This document shows positions 37,451 to 45,499 of a stretch of 45,499 bases of DNA, piece by piece; positions within the stretch are counted from its first letter, which is position 1; each line of letters starts with the position of its first letter. The translations under genes and the position numbers were made by a program. The stretch comes from Candidatus Humicultor tengchongensis (GTDB lineage: Bacteria; Sysuimicrobiota; Sysuimicrobiia; Sysuimicrobiales; Humicultoraceae): assembly GCA_031459715.1 (NCBI GenBank), contig JAVKIA010000019.1, forward strand, positions 1 through 45,499, in the 5' to 3' direction. Under the pieces are notes generated by a model that was given only the letters and a program-made list of their open reading frames with translations, was not told where the DNA came from and did no database searches.

Positions 37451-38893
37451 ATGGCCTTGCCGGGAAAGCCAGAGCGCGCGGGACGTATGTGGCTGGCCGC
37501 AGCCCTCGGCCTGCTGGTCGCAGGCTCCGCCGCAGCACCCGCCCTGGCCGCCGATCCGTCCGGGAGCGCCACCCTGGCCCGTCAGCCCGAGGCCGCCGTC
37601 AACTTCACCTGGACGCTGGTGGCCGCCTTCCTGGTCTTCTTCATGCAGGCGGGGTTCGCCCTGCTGGGTGCAGGGCTGATCCGCTCCAAGAACACGGTCA
37701 ACTACCTGACCAAGAGCTTCATGGACTTCTGCATGGCCTCGCTCTCCTTCTGGGCCTTCGGCTTCGCCCTGATGTTCGGCGGCTCCAGGCTGGCCCCAGG
37801 CCTGGAGGCCGGAGGCACCCTGGCGGGCTTCTCCGGATTCTTCCTGGCCCGCGGGAGCTACGACGTCTCCGCTGCGATGCTGTGGCTGTTCCAGATGGTC
37901 TTCGCCGCCACGGCGGCGACCATCGTCGCCGGCGCGGTGGCCGAGCGCATGAAGATCACTGCTTACCTGGCCTACAGCTTCCTCATCGGCGCGCTTATCT
38001 ACCCCATCTACGGGCACTGGGTCTGGGGCGGGGGCTGGCTGGCAACCCTGCCCTGGGGCGCGGGGGCGCGGGACTTCGCTGGCTCCGGCGTCGTGCACGC
38101 CGTGGGCGGGCTGCTGGCCCTGGTCGGTGCGGCCATGACCGGTCCGCGCCTGGGGAAATTCAACCGTGACGGCACGGCCAATGCCATCCCCGGCCACAAC
38201 ATGGTCTACGCCGTGACCGGGACGTTTGTCCTTTTCTTCGGCTGGTTCGGCTTCAACGCCGGCAGCACCCTGGCGGCCACCGACCTGCGCACCGCGGTGA
38301 TTGCCACAAACACCTTCCTCGCCGGAACCGCCGGAGCCGTAACCGCCCTCTACTACGCCCTGGTCCGCAGCGGTCGGGCGGATGTGGTCATGGCCTGCAA
38401 CGGCGCGCTGGCCGGCCTGGTGGGGATCACCGCTCCCTGCGCCTACGTGGCGCCGTGGGCGGCGGTGGTGATCGGCGCCGTCGGCGCCCTGATCATGGTG
38501 GGTGTGAGCGCCTTCGTCGAGCGGGTCCTCAAGGTGGACGACCCGGTGGGTGCCATCGCCGTGCACGCGGGCGGGGGGCTGTGGGGCCTGCTCGCGGTGG
38601 GAATTTTTGCCGACGGCACCTACGGAGGCGTCCGCGGGCTGATTACCGGAGCCGGAGGTCAGATGTTGGCGCAACTGGTGAGCATCGGCGCGGTCCTGGC
38701 CTGGAGCCTGGGGACCGGGTTCCTGATGTTCTGGTTCCTCAAGGCGACCATGGGCCTTCGGGCCTCGCCGGAGGAGGAGCTGTCGGGGCTGGACGTCCCC
38801 GAGCACGGGATCGAGTGCTACCCGGAACTGCAACTGGTCCCGGTTATGGGCGCCAGTGAGCCCCCGGCGATGCGACGGGAGGTGGGAGCATGA
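37451..38893 (+). CDS. amtB: Ammonium transporter (Amt family) with signal peptide
   Basis: 480 aa. Signal peptide (AAAPALAADPS), FMQAGFALL, and the twin-His/Phe-gate region. AGGAGGG SD 7 nt upstream. Confidence 0.9.
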   Translation: MALPGKPERAGRMWLAAALGLLVAGSAAAPALAADPSGSATLARQPEAAVNFTWTLVAAFLVFFMQAGFALLGAGLIRSKNTVNYLTKSFMDFCMASLSFWAFGFALMFGGSRLAPGLEAGGTLAGFSGFFLARGSYDVSAAMLWLFQMVFAATAATIVAGAVAERMKITAYLAYSFLIGALIYPIYGHWVWGGGWLATLPWGAGARDFAGSGVVHAVGGLLALVGAAMTGPRLGKFNRDGTANAIPGHNMVYAVTGTFVLFFGWFGFNAGSTLAATDLRTAVIATNTFLAGTAGAVTALYYALVRSGRADVVMACNGALAGLVGITAPCAYVAPWAAVVIGAVGALIMVGVSAFVERVLKVDDPVGAIAVHAGGGLWGLLAVGIFADGTYGGVRGLITGAGGQMLAQLVSIGAVLAWSLGTGFLMFWFLKATMGLRASPEEELSGLDVPEHGIECYPELQLVPVMGASEPPAMRREVGA

Positions 38894-40092
38894 TCTCCGA
38901 GGTGACAGCCGCTGTCCTCTTCTTCCTCCTGCTGGCCGCGGCCTGGCTGGTCCTGCCCACGCTCTTCGTACACCGGGAGCGGGTGGAGGGAGCGGCACGG
39001 CGGGAGCGACAGAGGCAGGTGGCGGCCGAACGCGTGCACCTGGCCGGCCCCCTGCCGGGAGGTCCGCCCAGGATGCGCTCCCGGGGGGCGCTTGCCGGCA
39101 GGCTGGTGCGCAACTCCCAGGACGGGACCTCTCCAAACGGTACGACTCCCCGCTACTTCTTCGTCGCCGACGGGGGAGCCCACGGCCCGGGTGAACTGCG
39201 CGTCCCCATCTACCACCAGGTCAACCCCCGACCGGACCTGCTGCGCAAGGAGATCTACGTGGCAGAGGTGGCGGGGATGCGGCTGGAGGCCGGCAACCTG
39301 CCGCTTCTGGCAGAGATGCTATCGGTGGAGCTCGCCCGGCTGCGCCGCGGCGGCGCGCTGCCGCGCTACTGGTTCACGCTGCCCGACGGCGGCAGCGTGC
39401 CGGTATTCGCCCGGGGGGAGGGGTTTGAGGCCCGCATACCCGGGGGCCCGCACCTGGTGGAGCAGACGGTGGGCCGGCTGCGTCGCCGCCTGGCGGAGTA
39501 CCTGGCGCCGTTCGGAGAGGCCGCCCGGGGCGGTGGGCCCGAGGTCCTGGTGCTTGGAGCCGACCTGCGCTGCGCCCGGCCGGTTGCGGCCTTCGCCGCT
39601 GGGGAACTCTGGCTGCCGGTCCTGCGTATGGACGGGGCGCTGGTGGTGGAGGAGGCGGTGTATGAGCGCCAGCCCGCGGAGGAGGACGCCGCCGCGCTGC
39701 TCCCCCTGCGCCGCCGCGTCGCCGACCGCCTGGTGGCCCGGGGTCGTGTGCGCTCCCCCGCCGAAGTTCGGATCGAAGAGGTGGAACGGCACGCAGCACA
39801 GCGGCTGCGCCTGCTCCTGGGCCCGCCGGTGGGCCACCTGCCCTGCTTCGGCGCCGAGGGCGGGACGCTGGAGCAGGTTCTGCTCCCGGTCTTCCGCTTC
39901 CAGGGCGAGGTGCTCTGCCCCGGCCGGGCGGACTTCTCCGTCCTCTACGTCGGTCGGGACGAGGAGGAGTTACGCGCTCAGGTGGACGGCTCCTCATGGC
40001 GGGACGGCCTGGGCGCGGCCGCAGACCTTCTCCCGCCCGCCGCAGCAGGGCAGGCCAGGGACAAGACCAGCGCGCTGGGGAGGGTGATCTGA
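38890..40092 (+). CDS. Hypothetical membrane-anchored protein (one N-terminal TM helix; ~375-aa soluble part with internal repeats) in the position normally held by glnK
   Basis: 400 aa. The ATG overlaps the amtB TGA (ATGA) and has a strong GGAGGTGGGAG SD. Repeated segments: PRYFFVADGGAHGPGELRVPIY / PRYWFTLPDGGSVPVFARGEGFEARIPG / LPVLRMDGALVVEE / LPVFRFQGEVLCPG. I recognise no known domain. Confidence 0.7.
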   Translation: MISEVTAAVLFFLLLAAAWLVLPTLFVHRERVEGAARRERQRQVAAERVHLAGPLPGGPPRMRSRGALAGRLVRNSQDGTSPNGTTPRYFFVADGGAHGPGELRVPIYHQVNPRPDLLRKEIYVAEVAGMRLEAGNLPLLAEMLSVELARLRRGGALPRYWFTLPDGGSVPVFARGEGFEARIPGGPHLVEQTVGRLRRRLAEYLAPFGEAARGGGPEVLVLGADLRCARPVAAFAAGELWLPVLRMDGALVVEEAVYERQPAEEDAAALLPLRRRVADRLVARGRVRSPAEVRIEEVERHAAQRLRLLLGPPVGHLPCFGAEGGTLEQVLLPVFRFQGEVLCPGRADFSVLYVGRDEEELRAQVDGSSWRDGLGAAADLLPPAAAGQARDKTSALGRVI

Positions 40093-40095
40093 GCC

Positions 40096-41496
40096 ATGGC
40101 AGTGGGATGGATCGTGGCTGCGGGCGTGGTGCTGCTGGGCGCCGCCTTCGCCGTCTGGGCGCTGCGGTACACGAAGGTCGGCCCCAACGAGGTGCTGATC
40201 ATCTCCGGCCGGCGGCGCACGGTGGCGGACCCCAGGGGAGGGAAGCGCACTGTGGGCTACCGCCTGGTGCACGGCGGGGGCACCTTCGTCTGGCCAATCA
40301 AAGAGAAGGTGCAGCGCATGTCCCTGGAGCTGATGACCCTGGAGGTGCGCACCCCCGAGGTATACACGGCCATGGCCGTCCCCGTCACCGTGGACGGGGT
40401 GGCGCAGATCAAGGTGAAGGGCGACGACGCCTCCATCGCCCTGGCCGCGGAACAGTTCCTCTCCCGGTCGCGGGAGGAGGTGATGCGCACCCTGCTGCAG
40501 ACCCTGGAAGGGCACATGCGCGCCATCCTGGGGACCATGGTGGTAGAGGAGATCTACCGCGGGCGGCAGGAGCTGGCCCGCCGCGTGCGCGAGGCCGCCG
40601 CGGAAGACCTGGGGAAGATGGGGATGGAGATCATCTCCCTGACCATCCGCAACGTCACCGACAGTCAGGGCTACCTGGAGGCGCTGGCCCGCCCCCGCAT
40701 CGCCCAGGTGAAGCGCGACGCGGTGAAGGGCGAGGCGGAGGCGGAGTGGGAGGCGCAGCAGGCCCGCTTTGCCGCCGACACCCGCATCGAGGCGGCGCGG
40801 CGGGACATGGAGATCAGCAAGGCAGGCTTCGAGGCGGAGGTGAAGCAGAAGCGGGCCGAGGCCGACCTGAGCTACGACCTGCAGCGGTTCAAGATGGCCC
40901 AGCGGGTGAAGGCGGAGGAAGTGCAGGTGGGCATTGTGGAGAAGCAGAAGGCCGTGGAGCTGCAGGCGCAGGAGATCCTCCGCCGGGAGAAAGAGCTGGT
41001 GGCCACCGTGCTCAAGCCCGCCGAGGTCGAGCGGCAGAAGGTGGAACTTCTGGCGGAGGCCGAGCACTACCGCCTCAAGGCGGAGGGGCAGGGGCGGGCC
41101 GAGGAGATCCGCGCCCGGGGGACGGCCGAGGCCGCGGTGATCAAGGAGAAGGGCCTGGCGGAGGCCGAGGCCATGCTGCGTAAGGCCGACTCCTGGGGGC
41201 GGTACAACGAGGCGGCCATCAGCGAGCTATTCATCAACGTCCTGCCCCAGCTGGCCCGCGCGGTGAGCGAGCCGCTGGCCAGGACCGAGAAGATCGTGGT
41301 GGTGGGCAGCGACGGGAAGGGCACCGGTGCCTCCCGGATCACCGGCGACGTGGCCCAGGTGGTGGCGCAGCTACCGGCCGTGATCGAGGCGCTGACCGGG
41401 ATCAAGCTGCACAAGCTCCTGGAGCGGCTCCCCGCCCTGGCGGCGGCCGGCCGCAGCGAGCCCGGGGACCGCGAGGCGCCTGCCGGGGAGGTGTAG
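40096..41496 (+). CDS. floT: Flotillin-like SPFH/band-7 protein (FloT/YuaG type)
   Basis: 466 aa. N-terminal membrane hairpin, an SPFH domain (KVGPNEVLIISGRR...), a long EA-rich coiled coil (AEAEWEAQQARFAADTRIEAARRDMEI...), and a C-terminal flotillin tail. It starts 3 nt after the X stop. Confidence 0.85.
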   Translation: MAVGWIVAAGVVLLGAAFAVWALRYTKVGPNEVLIISGRRRTVADPRGGKRTVGYRLVHGGGTFVWPIKEKVQRMSLELMTLEVRTPEVYTAMAVPVTVDGVAQIKVKGDDASIALAAEQFLSRSREEVMRTLLQTLEGHMRAILGTMVVEEIYRGRQELARRVREAAAEDLGKMGMEIISLTIRNVTDSQGYLEALARPRIAQVKRDAVKGEAEAEWEAQQARFAADTRIEAARRDMEISKAGFEAEVKQKRAEADLSYDLQRFKMAQRVKAEEVQVGIVEKQKAVELQAQEILRREKELVATVLKPAEVERQKVELLAEAEHYRLKAEGQGRAEEIRARGTAEAAVIKEKGLAEAEAMLRKADSWGRYNEAAISELFINVLPQLARAVSEPLARTEKIVVVGSDGKGTGASRITGDVAQVVAQLPAVIEALTGIKLHKLLERLPALAAAGRSEPGDREAPAGEV

Positions 41497-41499
41497 GGA

Positions 41500-42975
41500 A
41501 TGGCCAAGGCCAGTTTGCGTCCTGCGACGCTCAAACCGACCACAGCCGCGGAGGTGCTGGAGCTGTGCCAGGGGACCGTGGAGGTGCGGGAGCGGCAGCG
41601 GGTGGAGGTGGTCGACCTGCGCTTCGTGGACCTGCTGGGCGCCTGGCAGCACTTCTCCATCCCGGCGGGTGAGCTGAGCGAGGAGCTGTTTGCGGAAGGC
41701 ATCGGGTTCGACGGGTCCAGCATCCGCGGCTTCCAGCACATCCACGAGAGCGACATGCTCCTCCTCCCCGACCCGACCACCGCGCGCATCGACCCCCTGG
41801 GCGATCCTCCCACCCTGGCCATCATCTGCAACGTGGTCGACCCCATCACCCGAGAACCCTACACCCGGGACGCCCGGTTCGTGGCCCAGAAGGCGGAGCG
41901 CTACCTGCGGGCCTCAGGTATCGCCGAAGTCAGCTACTGGGGGCCGGAGGTGGAGTTCTTCGTCTTCGACGACGTGCGCTTCGACCAGAACCAGCACTCC
42001 GGCTACTACTACCTGGATTCCATGGAGGGCGCCTGGAACACCGGGCGGGAGGAGAAGCCCAACCTGGGCTACAAGCCGCGGTACAAGGAGGGCTACTTTC
42101 CCGTCCCGCCCACCGACTCCCTGCAGCCCCTGCGCTCGCGCATGGTCCGCCGCCTGCTGGAGGCCGGCCTGGAGGTGGAGGCGCACCACCACGAGGTGGG
42201 CAGCGGCGGGCAGTGCGAGATCGACCTGCGCTTTACCTCCCTCACCGAGATGGGCGACCGCGTCCTCTGGTACAAGTACGTCGTGCGCAACGTGGCCCGG
42301 GCCGCGGGCAAGGTCGTCACCTTCATGCCCAAGCCGCTGTTTGGAGACAACGGCTCGGGGATGCACACCCACCAGAGCCTGTGGGCGGCGGGCGCCAACC
42401 TGTTCTTCGACCCCCGCGGCTACGCCCAGCTCAGCGAGCTGGCCATGTACTACATCGGGGGGCTGATCAGGCATACCCCGGCCCTGCTGGCCTTCTGCGC
42501 CCCCACCACCAACTCGTACCGCCGCCTGGTACCCGGCTACGAGGCGCCGGTGAACCTGGCCTACGCCCAGCGCAACCGCAGCGCCTGCATCCGCATCCCC
42601 GTCTACTCCGCCAGCCCGGGGGCCAAGCGCATCGAGTACCGCTGCCCCGACCCCACCTGCAACCCCTACCTGGCCTTTGCCGCCATGCTCATGGCCGGCC
42701 TGGACGGCATCGAGCAGCGGATAGACCCCGGGGCGCCCATGGACGTGGACCTGTACGAACTGGCCAGCGGCAACGGCGGCGCGGTCCCGCAGGTGCCTGC
42801 CTCACTCCCCGAGGTGCTGGATGCCCTGGAGGCCGACCACGACTTCCTCCTGCGCGGCGAGGTCTTCACCGAAGACCTCATCCACGCCTGGATCGCCTAC
42901 AAGCGCCACAAGGAGGTGGACGCGGTGCGGCTGCGGCCCCACCCGTGGGAGTTCGCCCTGTACTTTGACGCCTGA
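41500..42975 (+). CDS. glnA: Glutamine synthetase type I
   Basis: 491 aa. GS signatures: FDGSSIRGF, KPLFGDNGSGMHTHQSLW, NSYRRLVPGYEAP. GGAGG SD 8 nt upstream. It starts 3 nt after the floT stop. Confidence 0.95.
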   Translation: MAKASLRPATLKPTTAAEVLELCQGTVEVRERQRVEVVDLRFVDLLGAWQHFSIPAGELSEELFAEGIGFDGSSIRGFQHIHESDMLLLPDPTTARIDPLGDPPTLAIICNVVDPITREPYTRDARFVAQKAERYLRASGIAEVSYWGPEVEFFVFDDVRFDQNQHSGYYYLDSMEGAWNTGREEKPNLGYKPRYKEGYFPVPPTDSLQPLRSRMVRRLLEAGLEVEAHHHEVGSGGQCEIDLRFTSLTEMGDRVLWYKYVVRNVARAAGKVVTFMPKPLFGDNGSGMHTHQSLWAAGANLFFDPRGYAQLSELAMYYIGGLIRHTPALLAFCAPTTNSYRRLVPGYEAPVNLAYAQRNRSACIRIPVYSASPGAKRIEYRCPDPTCNPYLAFAAMLMAGLDGIEQRIDPGAPMDVDLYELASGNGGAVPQVPASLPEVLDALEADHDFLLRGEVFTEDLIHAWIAYKRHKEVDAVRLRPHPWEFALYFDA

Positions 42976-43085
42976 CGAACCATCCGGACGGGTTCCCGGC
43001 GGACCCGCATCGACACCTTTTCTCAGCCGGAGCCTCTCCGGTACAGGCTACGGAAGGTTATACCATCAAGCCGTTACGTTCGGCG

Positions 43086-43727
43086 GTGAGAATGGCCGGG
43101 TTGCGCAATTTGAAGAAATTACCGGCCACCCTCTTTGGCGTGATGCTGGATGCTCCGGGCATGGATCTGGATCGCCGCATCACAGTCGTCCCGGCGGGCT
43201 GTTCTGCGCCGGCCCTAACTCCTGACGACCTCGCGGCCTACCAGCGCACAGTGGGGGAGATCCTGGACGCCCACCGCCCTGGCCTGCTGGTGGTTGAGAA
43301 CGAGGAAAACTCGGCTCTGTTCTATCGGGGCACACCTCGGGAGTACGGGGCTGAGCTTCAGGCGGCCCACTCAGGTGCAGGAGCAACTGGCACGGGGAAG
43401 GGCGCTGCTGGCGCAGTACCGGGCCGCCGGTGCCGACTTTCTCAGTATCCACCGGTACATTCCCGACCCACAGGCTCTGCGCCAGGCGGTCATCCTCCTG
43501 CGGCAGCGGTTGGGGCTCCGCTGGTAACCAATGAGATCGCCCAGCACGACCACAACCCGCAGACGACCACGGCCCTGCTGACGGCGGTGGCGGACCTGCG
43601 TTTGCCTTACGCGGTGTGGTTCAGCATCGACGCTGCACGGGCCCGGGCGCTGATGAACCCAGACGGGACGCTGCGCCCAACCGGCGAGGCCTTCCGGGCA
43701 TTCATGGCCGGCCGGACACACCGGTAA
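43086..43727 (+). pseudogene. Frameshifted hypothetical gene (possibly hydrolase-like, with a VVENEENS motif)
   Basis: Coding-like sequence switches frame 1 -> 2 -> 1. The track ORFs 43086..43727 and 43294..43527 share the locus, and a W-stop falls at 43525. Its N-terminal segment is paralogous to the partial gene at 45305. Confidence 0.4.
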
Positions 43728-43769
43728 GCAGCCGGGTAGGCTGGGCATGGGTCGGGAGGACCAGAAGCA

Positions 43770-44488
43770 GTGCGCCGGTTCCTGATCGACACCGACACCG
43801 CCTCCGACGACGCCGTGGCACTACTCATGGCCCACCGCTGGCCGGACGTGCAGGTGGACGCGGTCACCATCGTCGCCGGCAACGTGCCTGTGGAGATGGG
43901 CGCGCGCAACGCCGGCTACACCATCGAGCTGTGCGGCCAGGAGACACCGGTGTATGTGGGATGCGACCGGCCGCTGCTACGCGAGCCCCGCTGGGCCTTC
44001 TTCTTCCACGGCCCCGACGGCATGGGTGGGATGAACTACCCGCCGCCGAGTTCAACATCTGGGTGGACCCCGAGGCCGCCCGCATTGTGCTTCACTCGGG
44101 GATGCCCATCCTCATGGTGGGCTGGGAGCACTGCCGGGGCCCGGCGGCGTTCGACGAAGCCGGGATGGAAGAGGTCCGCCGCATCGGCACGCCCTACGCC
44201 CGGTTCGTTCTGGACTGCAACCGCACGGCCATCCGGGTGGCTATGGAGTGGCTGGGGGAGCCGGGACTGACGCTGCCGGATCCGGTAACCATGAGCATCG
44301 CCCTGGACCCGGCGGTATGCACTTCACGCGGCCGGCACTTCGTGGAGGTGGAGACCGCCAGCGACCTCACCCGCGGCATGACCGTGGTGGATCGCCACGG
44401 GGTGCTGAACCGGGAGCCCAACGTCGAGGTGTGCTGGGCCATCGACGTACCCCGCTGGAAGGAGACGCTGCTCCGCACGCTGCGCTGA
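43770..44488 (+). pseudogene. Inosine-uridine-preferring nucleoside hydrolase family gene, disrupted
   Basis: The N-terminal part (frame 0) reads [19 protein letters not shown]...FHGPDGMGG, which carries the DTDxxxDD signature. The C-terminal part is in another frame ([16 protein letters not shown]...). A -1 frameshift falls in a CCGCCGCC run near 44040. About 75 aa appear missing between the GxDG and AAEFNI blocks compared with RihA. Confidence 0.6.
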
Positions 44489-44587
44489 GCGGTGGCGGGA
44501 CGGTCAAGTGGCGGGGGCGGTAGGGACGATCACGCGGCGCGAGCGGCGGGAGGAACGATCACCCCGCGCCCGGCGGCAAGGGGACGG

Positions 44588-45112
44588 TCACGCAGCCCCG
44601 TAGCGCTCCCAGGAGACGATCTGCTCCAGGGGCTTCCGCCCCCTGTGCAGCAACACCCGGTAGACGATACGTTCCACCGGGCTGCGCTTCTTCGCGGGAA
44701 GGCCGAAGGCCACCACCACGGCGAGCTTCATGGAGGGAGGTAGCCCCAGGAGTTCCTTGGCCCTGGCCTCATCGTGCATCACGGTGGGACAGGAGCCCAC
44801 TCCCAGCGCCCAGGCGGCCAGCATCATGTTCTGCGCGCAGCGGCCCGCGTCGAAGCTATCCCGCTCCGCTTCTACGGCCACAGCCACCGCAAACGCCGCG
44901 TCGGCCAGGTGGGCCGCGAACCGACCGCAGCGTGCCAGTTGCTTGAGGCCCTGCCTCTCCGTGACCACCACGAAGTGCCACGGTTGCCGGTTGCGGCTGC
45001 TCCCGCTCCACCGCCCGGCCTCCAGAATCTGCACGATGGTCTCCCTGGGGACCTTCGCGGCGAGGAAGGACCGTACCTCACGCTTGCTCCGGATGCAGCG
45101 GTATGCCTCCAC
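44588..45112 (-). CDS. Nitroreductase family protein
   Basis: It is the C-terminal ~174 aa of the 269-aa track ORF. GTG start at V96, with an AAGAGG SD 7 nt upstream. Motifs: AYRCIRSKREVRSF...RNRQPWHFVVV... Confidence 0.7.
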   Translation of the reverse strand: MEAYRCIRSKREVRSFLAAKVPRETIVQILEAGRWSGSSRNRQPWHFVVVTERQGLKQLARCGRFAAHLADAAFAVAVAVEAERDSFDAGRCAQNMMLAAWALGVGSCPTVMHDEARAKELLGLPPSMKLAVVVAFGLPAKKRSPVERIVYRVLLHRGRKPLEQIVSWERYGAA

Positions 45113-45304
45113 GGCCAGGCCTCTTGAGCCACGCTTCAGGTCCAGTGTACCGTGGTCTGCCGCACCCCGTGCACCCGGGCAACCGCCCCTGAGCGCAGCG
45201 GGAGCCCGGCCGCCCTCGGTCGAATCACAGGCGGGGGAGCGGTCCGGTGGCAGAGGCAGACCAGGAACCCGCAGGAGCACAGCGAGAAGTGGCAGAGGGT
45301 CGCT

Positions 45305-45499
45305 ATGTCCGCCCCAACGACGTCCGCATCTGCGGCCGCACCGCCGGAGGATCCCGCCGCCTTCCGGCGCACGGGCGGAGAGATCCTGGACGCGCACCGC
45401 CCCGCGCTCCTGGTGGTCGAGAACGAGGAGAACTCCGCTATGGAGACTAAAGCTGCGGCCCTCGCATTGGTGGTAGCAGCGGTGTTCCCGGGCTTCGGC
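45305..45499 (+). CDS. Partial CDS (5' end) running off the window; the N-terminus is paralogous to the 43086 gene
   Basis: ATG with a GAGGG SD 5 nt upstream. MSAPTTSASAAAPPEDPAAFRRTGGEILDAHRPALLVVENEENSA compares with CSAPALTPDDLAAYQRTVGEILDAHRPGLLVVENEENSA. It is about 85% identical over ~75 nt, then diverges. Confidence 0.4.
   Translation, partial: MSAPTTSASAAAPPEDPAAFRRTGGEILDAHRPALLVVENEENSAMETKAAALALVVAAVFPGFG

Noticed and set aside
38890-40092. Protein X as GlnK/PII or as the NfeD partner of flotillin
   Set aside because: It is 400 aa with one TM helix. PII is ~112 aa and soluble with a T-loop. NfeD has several TM helices plus a small OB-fold. Neither architecture fits.
42976-43085. 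Intrinsic terminator after glnA
   Set aside because: A CCGGAG-CCU-CUCCGG hairpin exists, but the U-tract lies before it, not after. No convincing terminator could be supported.

Overview
This is a 45.5-kb, ~70% GC bacterial window. It is densely coding, mostly on the minus strand, and I saw no rRNA, tRNA, CRISPR or obvious IS elements. From low to high coordinate (operons are transcribed right to left), the content is as follows.

- **1..1463:** two tandem zinc-dependent alcohol dehydrogenase (ADH) paralogs. The first is cut by the window edge.
- **1470..3540:** a MoeB/ThiF adenylyltransferase with a C-terminal rhodanese domain (Moco/sulfur-carrier biosynthesis), then a class-IV aminotransferase that matches D-amino-acid aminotransferase (Dat) rather than IlvE.
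- **3638..8395:** a HAAT-family ABC transporter, livJ-livH-livMG-livF, with LivM and LivG fused in one ORF.
- **8612..14461:** a branched-chain 2-oxoacid dehydrogenase operon, lpdV-bkdAA-bkdAB-bkdB, with lipoyl synthase lipA as its last gene.
- **14564..19075:** an orphan complex-I Q-module, nuoB-nuoD-nuoI-nuoC, translationally coupled to a membrane-anchored sulfite-oxidase-family molybdoenzyme.
- **19351..20490:** a thioredoxin-fold gene and a divergent yjbQ.
- **20551..29978:** a nine-gene ilv-leu supraoperon, ilvB-ilvN-ilvC-leuA-leuC-leuD-leuB-ilvD. It is preceded by what looks like a Leu-specific (CUC) T-box leader with antiterminator and terminator.
- **30525..37169:** gltB for the glutamate synthase large subunit, with no gltD. 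After it come an orphan XhlA-like small membrane protein and hom.
- **37451..42975, plus strand:** a tightly coupled amtB - unknown membrane-anchored 400-aa protein - flotillin - glnA operon, with no glnK.
- **43086..45499:** a decayed region holding a frameshifted hypothetical gene and a nucleoside-hydrolase pseudogene, then a nitroreductase and a partial paralog at the window edge.

ATGA/GTGA start-stop overlaps are pervasive: livMG/livF, leuC/leuD, ilvB/ilvN, leuB/ilvD, nuoI/nuoC and amtB/X. The very long ORFs in the track (934 aa, 858 aa, 824 aa, 953 aa and similar) are GC-driven artefacts that span or run antisense to the real genes.

The two most novel candidates are the nuoBDIC + molybdoenzyme operon and the amtB-X-flotillin-glnA operon. 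A lineage guess of a high-GC monoderm Firmicutes-like thermophile rests only on inference from the T-box leader, the bkd gene order, FloT and XhlA.
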